A DNA stretch of 63,216 nt, the filler included, from Circinaria calcarea (Eukaryota), in the NCBI GenBank assembly GCA_051942165.1. It is 10 parts of 10 records of this genome, joined end to end, with 100 filler letters (N's around TTAATTAATTAA, not from the genome) between each part and the next. Parts side by side here need not be neighbours in the genome. Positions count along the whole stretch, not along the records: positions 25,361 to 31,591 come from JAVECS010001634.1; positions 31,692 to 37,921 come from JAVECS010001635.1; 8 more parts are not named here. One strand, written 5' to 3'. Shown here piece after piece: positions 26,717-38,021 of the stretch. Under the pieces are notes generated by a model. The model searched no databases. It worked only from the letters and a program-made list of their open reading frames with translations, and had not been told where the DNA came from. Numbering within the stretch: position 1 is the stretch's first letter; each line of letters begins with the position of its first letter. Made by a program: the position numbers and the translations under genes.

Positions 26717-28779
26717 TCACTCGACCGTTATGTCCCTTCGTGAAGCCTGCTGATTTGGCAGTAGCTTTGGCTTCGAGCTCGGGATCTTGCGGATCCTTGG
26801 AATAGGCTTAGGCTTCCCTGGAGACTTAGGACTTGACTTCGCGGGCCCCGACGAAGTTTCCCGAGCCGCTTCGAGTGCCTGATTGGTCGTACGCCAACGA
26901 GACATGAAGTCGTCGTGATTTACTACATCACGTTGGTTAATATGCTAGACCAGCATGTCTTCCGTTGGCTGGTGCTCTTACTGTATCCACCACACATTCG
27001 CCTGTTCCCGGTGAAGGCTGTTCTACCATGTAAAAACCTCCAATTATCAAAAACTGGTAAAGTCAACAATCTACAATCCCCCAAACAACCTTGGTTAAAC
27101 TTACTGACCGGTTTCCCTGGCCTCAATGGTTCCCAGTACTCTAAGCTCGGCCGCCGTAAGATCTCGACCCATTTCCTTGCAGCATCATACCACGCGTCCA
27201 GATGTTGTACCGCAATATTTAATGCTGCCCTGTCTTCGTTATTCCATCTTACCTGTAGTACTTCTCCCGTCTTAGGGTGATGGTTCAGCACAGGATACTC
27301 GAATGCAGGATGAATGCGGATCCCTTCATTTCCACTAGCATGGGCCGGTACCGTGGCATTACTAAGTAGATGATGTGCTGCTGGGTCTTCATCTTTGAGA
27401 ATCTGTGCAGCCTTGAACCCATCTACGAGTAGTGACTCGCCGCCACTGCCGTCATTATGTGAGAGAAGATGAAACATTTGTAGGCCGGCAGGTTCGGTGA
27501 AGTAAGTCGTATCAGTGTGAGCTTGCAAGGCAAGATTAGTGTAGGCTGTATCTTTGGAGGAGAGATCGGATGTAAAATCGTAGAACCCGCCTGAAGCCAG
27601 ATATCAGTAAGGACTATGCGTGGTACGCAGTGGTCGACATACCATAGTGCGTTTGACGTATAAAAGCTATGCGTTCTAGTAGTAATTTGGTAGCTGATGG
27701 AGTGGGCGGGCAGTGATCTACGTAAGAGAAGCCGTACTGCGCCTATGAAAGCGTGAGTGGGACGTAGTATGAAGAGGTGGCAAGGCTGACAATCGAGTTT
27801 GTCCACTTTGCTACTCCTTTCTCGGAGCTCATCACTTCTTCGTAATCTATTGTTGGGGGACCATTACGCCCAACATCGTCAATCCAATATGTCCTACATC
27901 CGATAAGCACGTAACAACATGGAAGGAGGTTATCTCACCTTCGTATAAACTGATTCTCTCCTATAACACGGGCTCGAAACCACTCCCAGCTGTAGAAACT
28001 CTGATGACCGTCATTTTGCCCTTTGTCGTCAGTTCTCAGGTTATTCAAGGGAGAAATATGATCATACATGTAACTGCAAGACCATCTGTACTATCATGAG
28101 CCTCCTTAACTCTTATGTTGCGTGGAATCTTTATATACGAAAAATGTTAGTTAAAAATACAGTTACATTCTTGAAACTATGAAAGGTAGGTCATTGTTTG
28201 AAAGCCAAACATCAAAATATTCACAGACAACTGGAGTACTCAATTTATCAAGGCCAAAAGACATGACGAAGTCTAGTTACCGAGACTTACTGCAAACGTG
28301 TCTAGCAGCCGCTGTTTTGTCTTTTCATGAACGCATTCTTTGCACTGGCAGTGGTCTCTGTCAAGTATAACTTTAAGCAATCAGGTTCGCTCAATAGGGC
28401 CTTGGGGCGAAATGTCTTACCTCAAGAATATATTGCTACTGCTCCACATAATCAGCCGAACAGAGTCTTCAAAGAACATATTGCGCACAAGCTAAAGTCT
28501 GGATAATCCGGCCATCTGAGATGAATGTCTTGCCAGGTATCACCAGTCAATCTAGTCTATCCTACCATCAGCCGAGTTTCTGATATACGGACGAATCCAG
28601 CTTGGCCTAACAGGCTGAAAATGTCCCTTTATTGGTTGCCAGTCCGTCTTGCTATTGAAAGCAAATTGTTTGACAGGCCTCTCAGTCGCCTGATCATTTG
28701 TCCAGATGCGACGAGCATGGGACCATGTACGACTTGGAAGACCTTTTACGACCCGGGGCCTAAAGGTAAGAAGAGACAT
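26717..28779 (-). CDS. Trimethyllysine dioxygenase (carnitine biosynthesis; GBBH/TauD-like), multi-exon
   Basis: N-terminal LRDHCQCKECVHEKTKQRLLDTF zinc domain; IRQTHYGGFYDFTSD; HTDTTYFTEPAGLQMFHLL; VRWNNEDR; FDNWRFLHGRTAFTGNRRMCGGYINHDDF. The exact 5' exon boundaries are less certain. Confidence 0.92.
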
Positions 28780-29114
28780 TGAATGGTAGGATCGTTTTCC
28801 CATCCATCATCTGTAGAAAACAAATGTATTTTGGGGTATACAGCTCTATAGACGTTCATGCGGGTCTGAGACATGCATCGAGGGTGTAAAAATTGACCGC
28901 CGAACCCAGTTCATCGGATCACCGTAGCACCCCCTAATCGTGGTGGGAAACGGCCCTGAGACTTGGTAGTTACCACTCATTTGGAGGCGGCACGAAAGCA
29001 ATTTCTACGGTTACTAACTTAACTGGTAAGTGCTCCGAACTTTTCTCGAGAAGTGTCATTGTCTAAATTTGTGATTATTTATTTAATTAAGGAAGAACAT
29101 CATCCTCTACACAG

Positions 29115-29248
29115 GGCACCTTGGCCTAATGGTAAGGCGTTGCTTTCCGGTTGCGTGAATGGCAAAGATTGTGGGGTAGGTACATTCCTCCGCCAACATC
29201 TCGAACAATTATCCTAATCCTCTTCCAGTTCGAGTCCCATAGGTGTCG
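29115..29248 (+). tRNA. tRNA-Arg(CCG) with a canonical anticodon intron (29151-29159) and a 53-nt spliceosomal-type insertion in the T arm (29176-29228)
   Basis: Acceptor stem GGCACCT/AGGTGTC, D arm GCCT-AATGGTA-AGGC, anticodon arm TTGCT-TTCCGG^T-GGCAA, variable loop AGATT, T arm GTGGG^TTCGAGT-CCCAT, discriminator G. Confidence 0.9.
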
Positions 29249-29259
29249 GAATCAGTTCA

Positions 29260-29273
29260 TTTTTGTCCTTTTT
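29260..29273 (+). terminator. Pol III oligo-T terminator of the tRNA gene
   Basis: TTTTT at 29260-29264 and a second T-run at 29269-29273. Confidence 0.75.
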
Positions 29274-29690
29274 GGACGACATTTATATCTTCATGGGAGA
29301 GTTTTTTGTGATGTAAATGATCTTATCCGCAGGGGAAGATGGAGGGAAATTTTTATAATCCCGACCTCATAGAAACAATGCTCCAAAAGAATCATGAAAA
29401 TGACTGCCATAGATGCGGAGGCTGGACCTCCTACGGTCAGAGTTCACAAAGCCATTTCACGTTATCGCACTGAAGTTTTCTGAGTGCCCGCACGGAATCC
29501 ATCCAGGATCAGGATGTATATTGTATTTCAGCCGGCGGGGGTCTAACCCCCTTTATAGGAAGTGGTACTCTACGTAAAACGGTCATCCAATTGCACGCTA
29601 TCTTTGGAGAAGCTATGCTGATAATCTTTAAAGTAACCGAGCAGGCGGTTGCTCAAGAACATATAGCCCCTAATCTAGCTCGACACCTTC

Positions 29691-30847
29691 TAGCTTGCTC
29701 TTACTCCCCACACATTTCATCAATGCCCGTCTGTTACCGAGCATCACTTTCCCTCCCTCAACCCTTGTCAGGTACCTGACCTCTTCCCAGCTATCTTTTA
29801 CTTTCCCAGTCCTCCAGGCCTCTGTCACAAGCTTATCCCCCGGATTCACCGGCGCAGCGAACCTAGCTTAGAATTCCTTGATTTTGGCAGGGTCGCTTCC
29901 ATCGAGTGCTTGCAACAGGCCATGACAGGCAGAACTCCACGAGAATAAGCCGTGCATAATGGCATCGCCAAAACCCATCTGTTGACCCGGCTTAGGGGTC
30001 GCGTGTAAGGGGTTTTAGTCGCAATTCAGCCTTGTCTCTGTAAACCAGAGACTAAATCTTGGGAGGAAAATCTACCGTATCTATAGAGGAGGGCCGACGC
30101 GGTGGTTGTCCGTAGTGTATGTACAGCGTTCGGCTTCTTCCCTTCCGGTGGAGGGAAATTCACAATGTTCGGCCCTTCAATCCATCAATCAGCTCGTACT
30201 CAGACCACTCCTCATCTCCTGAACCTCACTCACCCTTTAGCCCACCCCAATTACCTTGCCCATCGAAGAATACACTTCCTACAGTCCTGGTAAGAATGTC
30301 GCCGCCCTTTTCCACCAGCACCGTCTCCGTCTCCACCATACTCCCTGCCTCTTCCTTGTCATACACCCCTATAATCTTGGTTCGATCTTCAAATATCTTC
30401 CCTTGGCTCGTTGGTGGTAAGGGCTTGAGGAAAGTGAGCAGACGGCTGACCATCAACGACTCGGTCGGGAGTCGAATCTGGGACGTTGGGAATGTTCGTC
30501 AAGACGTCGTGCGGGCGTAGAAGTCAACAAACTCTTGGTCGGCCTGCTTGGAGAGGCTTAAAATTCTCAGGATAATTCGTAGAATGGTGTGGTTAATGGC
30601 GAACTTTTGCGGGATCCTATCGCACCGAGGATGATGGGATATGTTGGAAAGACCCGGAATTTGGGGTGGAGTTCCTAAGAGCGTCAGTGAGCTTTGGCAA
30701 ACAGAAATTGGAGGGGAAACTCCTACATAAAGGAAGTGAAGCTCGTCCGCTGTGCAGCCAGTGCTATTTGCGAACAGTAAGGACATCCCGCTTCAACCAC
30801 GAAACCTTTTGGGAAGGATACTCAAAACCTGCGCCTAGTCCACTCAT
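29691..30847 (-). pseudogene. Disabled peroxisomal MaoC-type enoyl-CoA hydratase/dehydratase
   Basis: MSGLGAGFEYPSQKVSWLKRDV, a frameshift to LLFANSTGCTADELHFLY, and another frameshift at VDGQ. The catalytic motif reads YRLNCD*NPLHA (TAA 30015-30017), with a second stop EF*ARF (29868-29870). One intron donor reads AT instead of GT. A remnant ...GSKSKL PTS1 is present. Confidence 0.88.
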
Positions 30848-31270
30848 CTTGAAGTGGAACTGTGACGTCTTAAGTCTACATCGAGGGCTGAGATACTTCC
30901 AAGTGCAATACGTAGTATGTAATCAGCCCGAGGTGTGGGGTAAGCTCTTAGCAATGCTTGAGCTTTGGGAATATATACCGAGGTCGACCCTCATGCAAAA
31001 CAGCTCTAGAGTACCCATTGCAAATATACCTGCCTGATTGCCCGACCTATAAAAACGCCGTACAATGTAATGGTTTCCACAACACGGAGCTATAGCAAGT
31101 GACGTGGAGGGTAGTCGATGAGGCTCATTCCCCGAAGAAGCTTGAGCACATTTGTCCGTGCGGGCTTCGATAAAATATTTACTTCACCACTCATATGCAT
31201 ATAGTCTACTGTGCTTATACAAGGTCACAAACGTCCCTTTCCCCTTCTGAAGTATACCGAGGAAGAGAGG

Positions 31271-31591
31271 ATGGCTTCTTCCAATAGCTCGCAGTCCGAA
31301 GAGGGACCCGTCTTTTTCTGGATGCCCGACCCCCCGAACGGCTACCTCTCCCAGTGGTATCCATCCCCGTTCCAAGCTCCCACTACAGACCCTTCACTTT
31401 CCACGTCAACGATGACGTTCCACACAACAGAACAGTACATGATGTACCATAAAGCCATCCTTTTCAAGGACACCGAAATTGCAGAAGCAATTATGAAGGC
31501 CACAACACCAAAGAAGCAACAAGCCTTGGGGAAACGGGTGAAGAATTTTGAGGGCAAGGTGTGGAACGAGAATAAAGAGAAGATCGTGGAA
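31271..31591 (+). CDS. NADAR (YbiA/DUF1768)-family protein, 3' truncated
   Basis: VFFW...GYLSQWYPSPF...FHTTEQYMMYHKAILFKD...ATTPKKQQALGKRVKNFEGKVW. Confidence 0.9.
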
Positions 31592-31691
31592 NNNNNNNNN
31601 NNNNNNNNNNNNNNNNNNNNNNNNNNNNNNNNNNNTTAATTAATTAANNNNNNNNNNNNNNNNNNNNNNNNNNNNNNNNNNNNNNNNNNNN
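31592..31691. other. Artificial contig linker
   Basis: N44-TTAATTAATTAA-N44. Confidence 0.99.
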
Positions 31692-32890
31692 GCAAAACTT
31701 AAGCAACAGGCAAACTCGAACGATCACTCCTGTTACATACATTTTAACCCAATTTGGCGCCCCAATGGGAGTGGAGAAATGTATCGGCAGCACCTGGCTG
31801 ATCAGACCACGCAACCGAGTGACAATGCATTATCTTATATTCAATAACGATACATATAACATAAACAGAATACAACCAGGCAGCATGACACAAAAGTCAG
31901 ACTGCAAAAATCTGTCGCAAATTATTCGATTGCTCGAACCCAACGTTACAAAACTTGATCATCATGATCTAGCTATTTTTGCTTTGTCGTTAATGATCTT
32001 TGTCGACTACAGTTGATAGGCTTTCGTTTTCCGTCCTTGGTACCCGGCCGAGATTTCACGAGGGATTTGGTGAAATAGGGGGTCAAGGTGGTTACCCCAG
32101 ATTGCCTGTGAAGAAGGTCTCTACAGTGGTTATAGCCTCAATTCTAAGTCTGACGAGATCCTTGACAGACAGCTCGAAGATCATCAGCATTGAGCGCTTT
32201 CCATCCTGCAAGTACTCAATGCCTTACACAAGCTTTCAAGCCAGCCTGTTATCCCAACTATTCGAATTACTCATGTTCTTGCGAAGCTATTGCTTCGCAT
32301 CATAATGCAAGAGATCTGCGCTGCCACCTCATAAATCAGCCTTAGATTCACCGCGGACCTTACCCATAACCACTTCTATCTCGAAAATCTCACTTAAGAG
32401 TGGACAGTCACAAGTTGCTACTTGCGTCAAGGCACCGAGCACATTGAATGCAAATCGATTGGGCTTGGGATCGTTGAGGTATAGCTCAGTTTCTTACTTT
32501 ACTATTTCACATGTCCTTTACCGTTGTGTTCGTCTTCCACGACGAGTACTCATGTGCATATTGATATCCCATCTGCTCCACATCGGCTATTTGTGATTGA
32601 ATCTCATAACGTCCAGTAACTTTTTGGGTTCTTAATCGTTGAGCTAGGTGCCTAACCTTTGAACCACCATCTTACATACAGCAGACGTCCATAGACCACT
32701 ACTTCTACCGACCACAGTCAGCATCATCGTCTACCCATCTGCATTGTCTCAACTCGCCCGTACCAAATATGATCTATGCCTGATAACGTTTTCCTCGCCT
32801 CAACCATTGAAGAAATCAGATTAAGGTGTGGCTCACCTTTATACAAAGTCATGCATCATACTCAATAAACATGCAGTGTACTCCGCAGAG

Positions 32891-34711
32891 ATGGCAGGAG
32901 TCCAGGTCGCTCATCCTTTCGTTCCTTTCGCACATTCCTTCCTACATTCTCTTGATAATCATAGCCTATCCAACCCTGCGCTCGACGACTTACGCAGCTC
33001 AAAGTATGATTTACGGCCAGGTGCTCGCCTATTCCGGGACATAATCTTCACCACCTGGCTAGACCAAGATCAGAGTGGAGACTTTGATCCGACCGGAAAA
33101 GAGCCAGAACCACCCTTTTCGTTAACCCGGAAGCGAGAAAGATTGACTTTTCAGCTTGGAGACAACCAGACTGGGGATTCTGATTCGACCCCTAAGAAAC
33201 CTAAGCTCAACACATGGAAGGCAGGGCGAAACCGAGGATTGAGTTGTCCCATCACCATCAAATTCGAATCAGATGGTGGGAGGGCCTTGTTACAAAAGTA
33301 CGACGATATATCTGACAACTGGCCGGAATACCGATACGCAAGTGGTGACAGGGGCCCAAATTTCACCGAGCTCAATCTGGACTCAGTTCAACCTCAGCGT
33401 CTCCGCGCACGTCAACAAAATCAGTGCACAATAACATCGTCCACTTCTCAGTCTGATTTCTGTTGTGACCATCCAGCAATTACCGAGCTCACACTTGGTC
33501 ATCCGGCTGCCCGAGGCTGCAAGGGATGCTTCGAGGTTGGTGCACCATGTACTTTACTCCAAGAGGGCTTCAGTTACCCATGTTTCGCCTGCCAAGAAGA
33601 TGACCTCGAGTGCGAGCTCATTCTTCCTCCTGCCAAGAAAAGACCCTGCGAGAGCTGTCGAAGACGCCGCATCGTCTGTTCATACCGCAGCGATGACGAC
33701 CATAGCTCTCCGTGTAAGCAGTGCGTTAATGATAGGATGAAATGCGTTGCTGGACCTTTGAGCGGAAGGACTAGAACAGGTCCGAGCCTGGATGGAGGTC
33801 ACGCCACAGCAGCGAAATTCATACCGGGTGCAGAGCGGCGATATGGAAGCTGCACAGAATGTCGAAAGGTGAAGAAGTGGTGTTCACTTGCTTCAAAATT
33901 GTCTAGTACCGATAATAGTACCTGTAACCGATGTGTAGGCCTTACGCAAAAGTGCACTTTTGAAGCTGTGGATACAAGGCAAAAAAGAGCTGTTGATATA
34001 CAGAACAAGACGACTCCTCAGCCAGCATCGAAGCCTGATCCACTTGAGATCAATGGTGCTACAGGGACCACAAGCACGATTACTACACGATTAGTGCACC
34101 CAATCACATTCAACCACCTGGTATCTGATGACGGTTCTAGTCCTTGTCATTGGTGCGAAGACATCGTCTATGGTATCGTCGGTTTTACCGAAGTGCATGT
34201 AGAGGTCATCGATTACCATGACGGCCAAGGATACGTCGAAATCAAAGGTGGCCACACAGCCCAAGGTCAAGAACCGAGTCGGATGTGTTATGAATGCACC
34301 GCATCTCGACTATTCATTGCTGGCTGTGAAGGCCATGACATTCAACCCATAGCAGGTGTCGACCCGAATGGCTTCAACTATGATGAAGTATTGGAGTGGC
34401 TCGTACCTGGCATGACCCTTTTTGCGCCATTCCAGTGGTGTTCTGTTTGCCCTAGTCCGGCGTCTTTTGCATGTAAGAAGCCTCGTATATCGGGTATGTG
34501 CTTGGAAAGTGAAGAGAATGCAGGCGGTGGTCCATTAGGTTGTGGATTGCTGCTTTGTGAGAACTGCGCTGTCAATATGCTAGGCGGGCATGATGGAGGC
34601 CTGGATGGCTTGATCTCTGAATTGGAGCATGCGGGCCCACTTTGCATACGGGCAGACGCTGACTTTTTGCGATCCGATGGCTATTTGTTGCGCCGGATCT
34701 ACGGGTGTTGA
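32891..34711 (+). CDS. Cys-rich protein with three tandem Zn(II)2Cys6-like clusters and a C-terminal Cys/His domain
   Basis: Single long ORF containing three Cx2Cx6Cx(10-13)Cx2Cx6C motifs. The first in-frame ATG is at 32891. Confidence 0.82.
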   Translation: MAGVQVAHPFVPFAHSFLHSLDNHSLSNPALDDLRSSKYDLRPGARLFRDIIFTTWLDQDQSGDFDPTGKEPEPPFSLTRKRERLTFQLGDNQTGDSDSTPKKPKLNTWKAGRNRGLSCPITIKFESDGGRALLQKYDDISDNWPEYRYASGDRGPNFTELNLDSVQPQRLRARQQNQCTITSSTSQSDFCCDHPAITELTLGHPAARGCKGCFEVGAPCTLLQEGFSYPCFACQEDDLECELILPPAKKRPCESCRRRRIVCSYRSDDDHSSPCKQCVNDRMKCVAGPLSGRTRTGPSLDGGHATAAKFIPGAERRYGSCTECRKVKKWCSLASKLSSTDNSTCNRCVGLTQKCTFEAVDTRQKRAVDIQNKTTPQPASKPDPLEINGATGTTSTITTRLVHPITFNHLVSDDGSSPCHWCEDIVYGIVGFTEVHVEVIDYHDGQGYVEIKGGHTAQGQEPSRMCYECTASRLFIAGCEGHDIQPIAGVDPNGFNYDEVLEWLVPGMTLFAPFQWCSVCPSPASFACKKPRISGMCLESEENAGGGPLGCGLLLCENCAVNMLGGHDGGLDGLISELEHAGPLCIRADADFLRSDGYLLRRIYGC

Positions 34712-36312
34712 TTCTCCCATTTGATAGCCATCTGGCGCTGCTGATGTTGACGTTAGTTGAGAAAGGCAGCACCTGGGCTTGGCCTAGCATTACTCTGTTG
34801 CTCGTTCCCTAGAAGCTATGCTTACGCTCTCTAGATATTGGCTATCATATTAGCATTTTCTGGCCACAGTTGAAGAAGAAACTCAATGATATGCCCTAGA
34901 TGCTCTCTACCAGCCATCTTGTGAAGCTAAGTGATGCACCTTTTCTAAAACCCAGGGGTCCTCCATGATGACAAAGGCTAGCCTCTACGGACATCCAAAA
35001 TCTGCCATCTACGTTTCGTCCATGTATAACTTCGACAGTACGTTGATATGCTAGAGGTAACAGGATTTCATCTAAAACACGCATTTACGTCGCTACCGAA
35101 CCCCCACAACCTTGCAACTCCTCTACGACGGTAGTCCAAGCATTGTCCTCAACACCTAGTTCATACCGCTTGTTTCTCAAGTCTACAGTTATCCTTACCC
35201 TCCAATCTAATTACTATCTTCAGCACTGCTTTCAAGTCAGGATAGAAAATCACGGACGCCGTGGTAGGTTTTGAAAAAAAAGGCCAAAGCCTGGTGGAGA
35301 ATGAATAAGAGTAGAGAAAATACACATTTGCATTTGGTCCGGAGTAGCTGGGGATACGGGAAGAGGTTGTATTGGGGGGGGGGAGGAAAGGGGACCCGGG
35401 CGGGTTCAGGAGAGGAGGACTCCGTTTGTGGCAACGAACGGAAAGAAGTGGTAGGTACCCTGAGAGGCTTCTTGGTACATGGGAGAGCGGATGGACTGTA
35501 TGGGAGAAAAGTGTTGTGAGAGGATTGTATAAGCTTTAAGCGGTTGATGGTGGTCCAATGGCATGTATGTTGCTTCACAACGTTATCTGCTCTTGAACAG
35601 CAGTATAGCAAATCAGGTAGACTGCCATGAATAAGTTGATTTACATGGCTTTGAGATTGATTGAGATTGATGTGGAAGCTATGGCTACGGATAGTCTATG
35701 AGGAGGATTAGGGTTAGCGAAACAAGGACAAGAAGAAGAGAGGGGGGGTGCCACCGGGGTTCGGCTGCTTCGGCCCGCCTGTAATTTATCTGCGCCAAAT
35801 AATTTACGTGAGATACTTCACTTTTGACTTTAAAGGTCGAACCCATCCAAGCTGTGTCCACACGACAAGTAATCCAGCCTCTATCCCAACCGACGCTTAG
35901 ATCCTCACCCAGAAAACCCACAAGCTTACTCCAGTAACCTGCACTGCTGGAGTTGAGTTTGTCTTTGCTAGCCATCTATCATCTGGGCTGCTGCACGTCA
36001 ACACTGCTCCACTATCCGTCATTCATAAATTCACCTTCAACTAAAGCTTCACCTTGGCCCATCTTGCCTTTCTTCTCTCCATCAAGCAAATTCGAGAGCC
36101 TACCTTCAACCATTCAGGTAAACCCGATCATCCTATGCTCGGCTGATACAAGCAGCAACTACGACTCTACACCACTGTTTCCTATCCACGAACATCGAAA
36201 GGATAGAGAATCTTTCTTGATCGGCTGCCACGGCACTGCCGGGTGAAGTGGCGCGCATTCCGCTCGTCTGCAGGCTTTCACATGAGTCTACCAATCTACC
36301 TGAGCTGTCACG

Positions 36313-37921
36313 ATGGGGAGAATCAAGAAGACGGCGGGCCCAAAGCATGAGGCTACGGTGGTAGGTTTGAACCGCGTCTGTTAAGCAATATAAATACTGA
36401 CTCTCCACTCGTAGTCCCCGGCTCTTTCGGATTTCGTCACAAAAGCTACAAGCCTTCCTCTGGTAAAGCTGCCCGCGCATCTCCGGTCCTTTCCTGCTCG
36501 ATGGCCTTTCCCGAGAGGGGACCTATACCACTGGCTATCTTTACTTGATCGTTTCGACAGCATCCTTGAGAGCTTTAACCAGCACTACGGCTTAAATGTC
36601 GGACCGCAGATGCGACCGTTTACCACGGCGCTTCTACAAAGAGGGATCCCGGAGACAGACAATGCTGCAACAGCTTCCGAGACCACCCGGGAGGAAATTG
36701 AGTCATTAGGATTTGGACCAGAAGGTGATCGAGAGCTGGTAGAGACAATCTTATGGTTTTCGATGTTGCTGGTGGAGAACTGCAGCAATCGGAGCCTTTA
36801 CAATAGCAGCGAACGATTAGGAGATCTTCTTAACACAACATCGCTTTCGTTACTTTCAAAATCCCTTCGTCTCGCAGTTCGCCTCGCGCAGCGATATCAT
36901 GCATCCCGTCAACGTAGTGCAACCTCTAGTCTGCATCTTAACCATGCATTACTAGCTAGCCACTACAATATCGACTTAGAGCATGTCCAAAGACTAGCTG
37001 ATCCATTTATCAAATCGGTACCATTATCATTTACACCAGTGACAACACCCTCGACAAAGGTGAAAGACAAGGCTACCCTCGAGAATGTTGGGCGGAGAAA
37101 GTCTGCGGATCCTGTTCAAGCCAGTGATCTATATGCAATGGCTAGAGACGAGAACTCTTTGGCGAAAGATTCTATGGGCAAGGGAAGCAAAGCTCCAAAG
37201 GACTCCTTCTTTGACCCGCAAGATTGGGGATCTGTTTCGTTCAGTTATTATCGAGCACATGCTGCGTCCGCAGAAGAGAAGAGAGACAATTCTATGGCTG
37301 AAGATCCTACACCTTCTGCACCGAACACTCCCACCCCAATTCGACGAACGTCAGGACTTTCTCGACCGAGTCGCCTTTCAAGCTCAGAGGAATCGTCCAA
37401 CACAACAAGCACCGCTACAGCTGTCAAGTTGGAAGAGCCAGTTCCGGATGGAGGAATGGGAATTCTTCCGATACCGTATTCTACAATAGTGTCCACTCCG
37501 CTGGAACAAATCCTCGAATCGGTACTTCCAGAAATACCCAAACACGCCCATTATGACCTTCTGTGCCGTCTGCGTGTTGCGTATGCCCTTAGCCATTCCC
37601 TATCAACACGACGGCAGATGCTTGCTATTCGAATTCTGGCAATCACCAACCTTGCCTATATCTATCCAGAGGTAACCTTCTACCAGAAAATACTTCAACC
37701 GGATGCCGACGAACCCCGACGATTGCAGCTTCCATACCAATTGGTCGACCTTATCCATCCTCCCGGTAATGATCAAGCTCATATTCCAATCGACTTGAAA
37801 ACAATTGCCCTTGGGGCACTTGAAGCTCTTGCCAAACACAAGAGCAAGGCTGCGGATGTTAGTGCCGCACTGAGCATCAACGTCAATCATGGTGTGCTGT
37901 TGTACGTTCTTCGAAAAGCAG
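36313..37921 (+). CDS. TOM1: HECT E3 ubiquitin ligase Tom1/HUWE1, N-terminal (DUF908) part, 3' truncated
   Basis: MGRIKKTAGPKHEATV|SPAL...RWPFPRGDLYHWLSLLDRFD...LVENCSNRSLYNSS...RILAITNLAYI. Intron 36361-36415. Confidence 0.93.
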
Positions 37922-38021
37922 NNNNNNNNNNNNNNNNNNNNNNNNNNNNNNNNNNNNNNNNNNNNTTAATTAATTAANNNNNNNNNNNNNNNNNNNNNNN
38001 NNNNNNNNNNNNNNNNNNNNN
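37922..38021. other. Artificial contig linker
   Basis: N44-TTAATTAATTAA-N44. Confidence 0.99.

Noticed and set aside
28130..28287. Longer intron in the trimethyllysine dioxygenase gene as a snoRNA host
   Set aside because: No convincing C/D or H/ACA box pair seen.
31950..32310. Minus-strand frame with several stops resembling mutated coding sequence
   Set aside because: No identifiable homology; indistinguishable from noise by eye.
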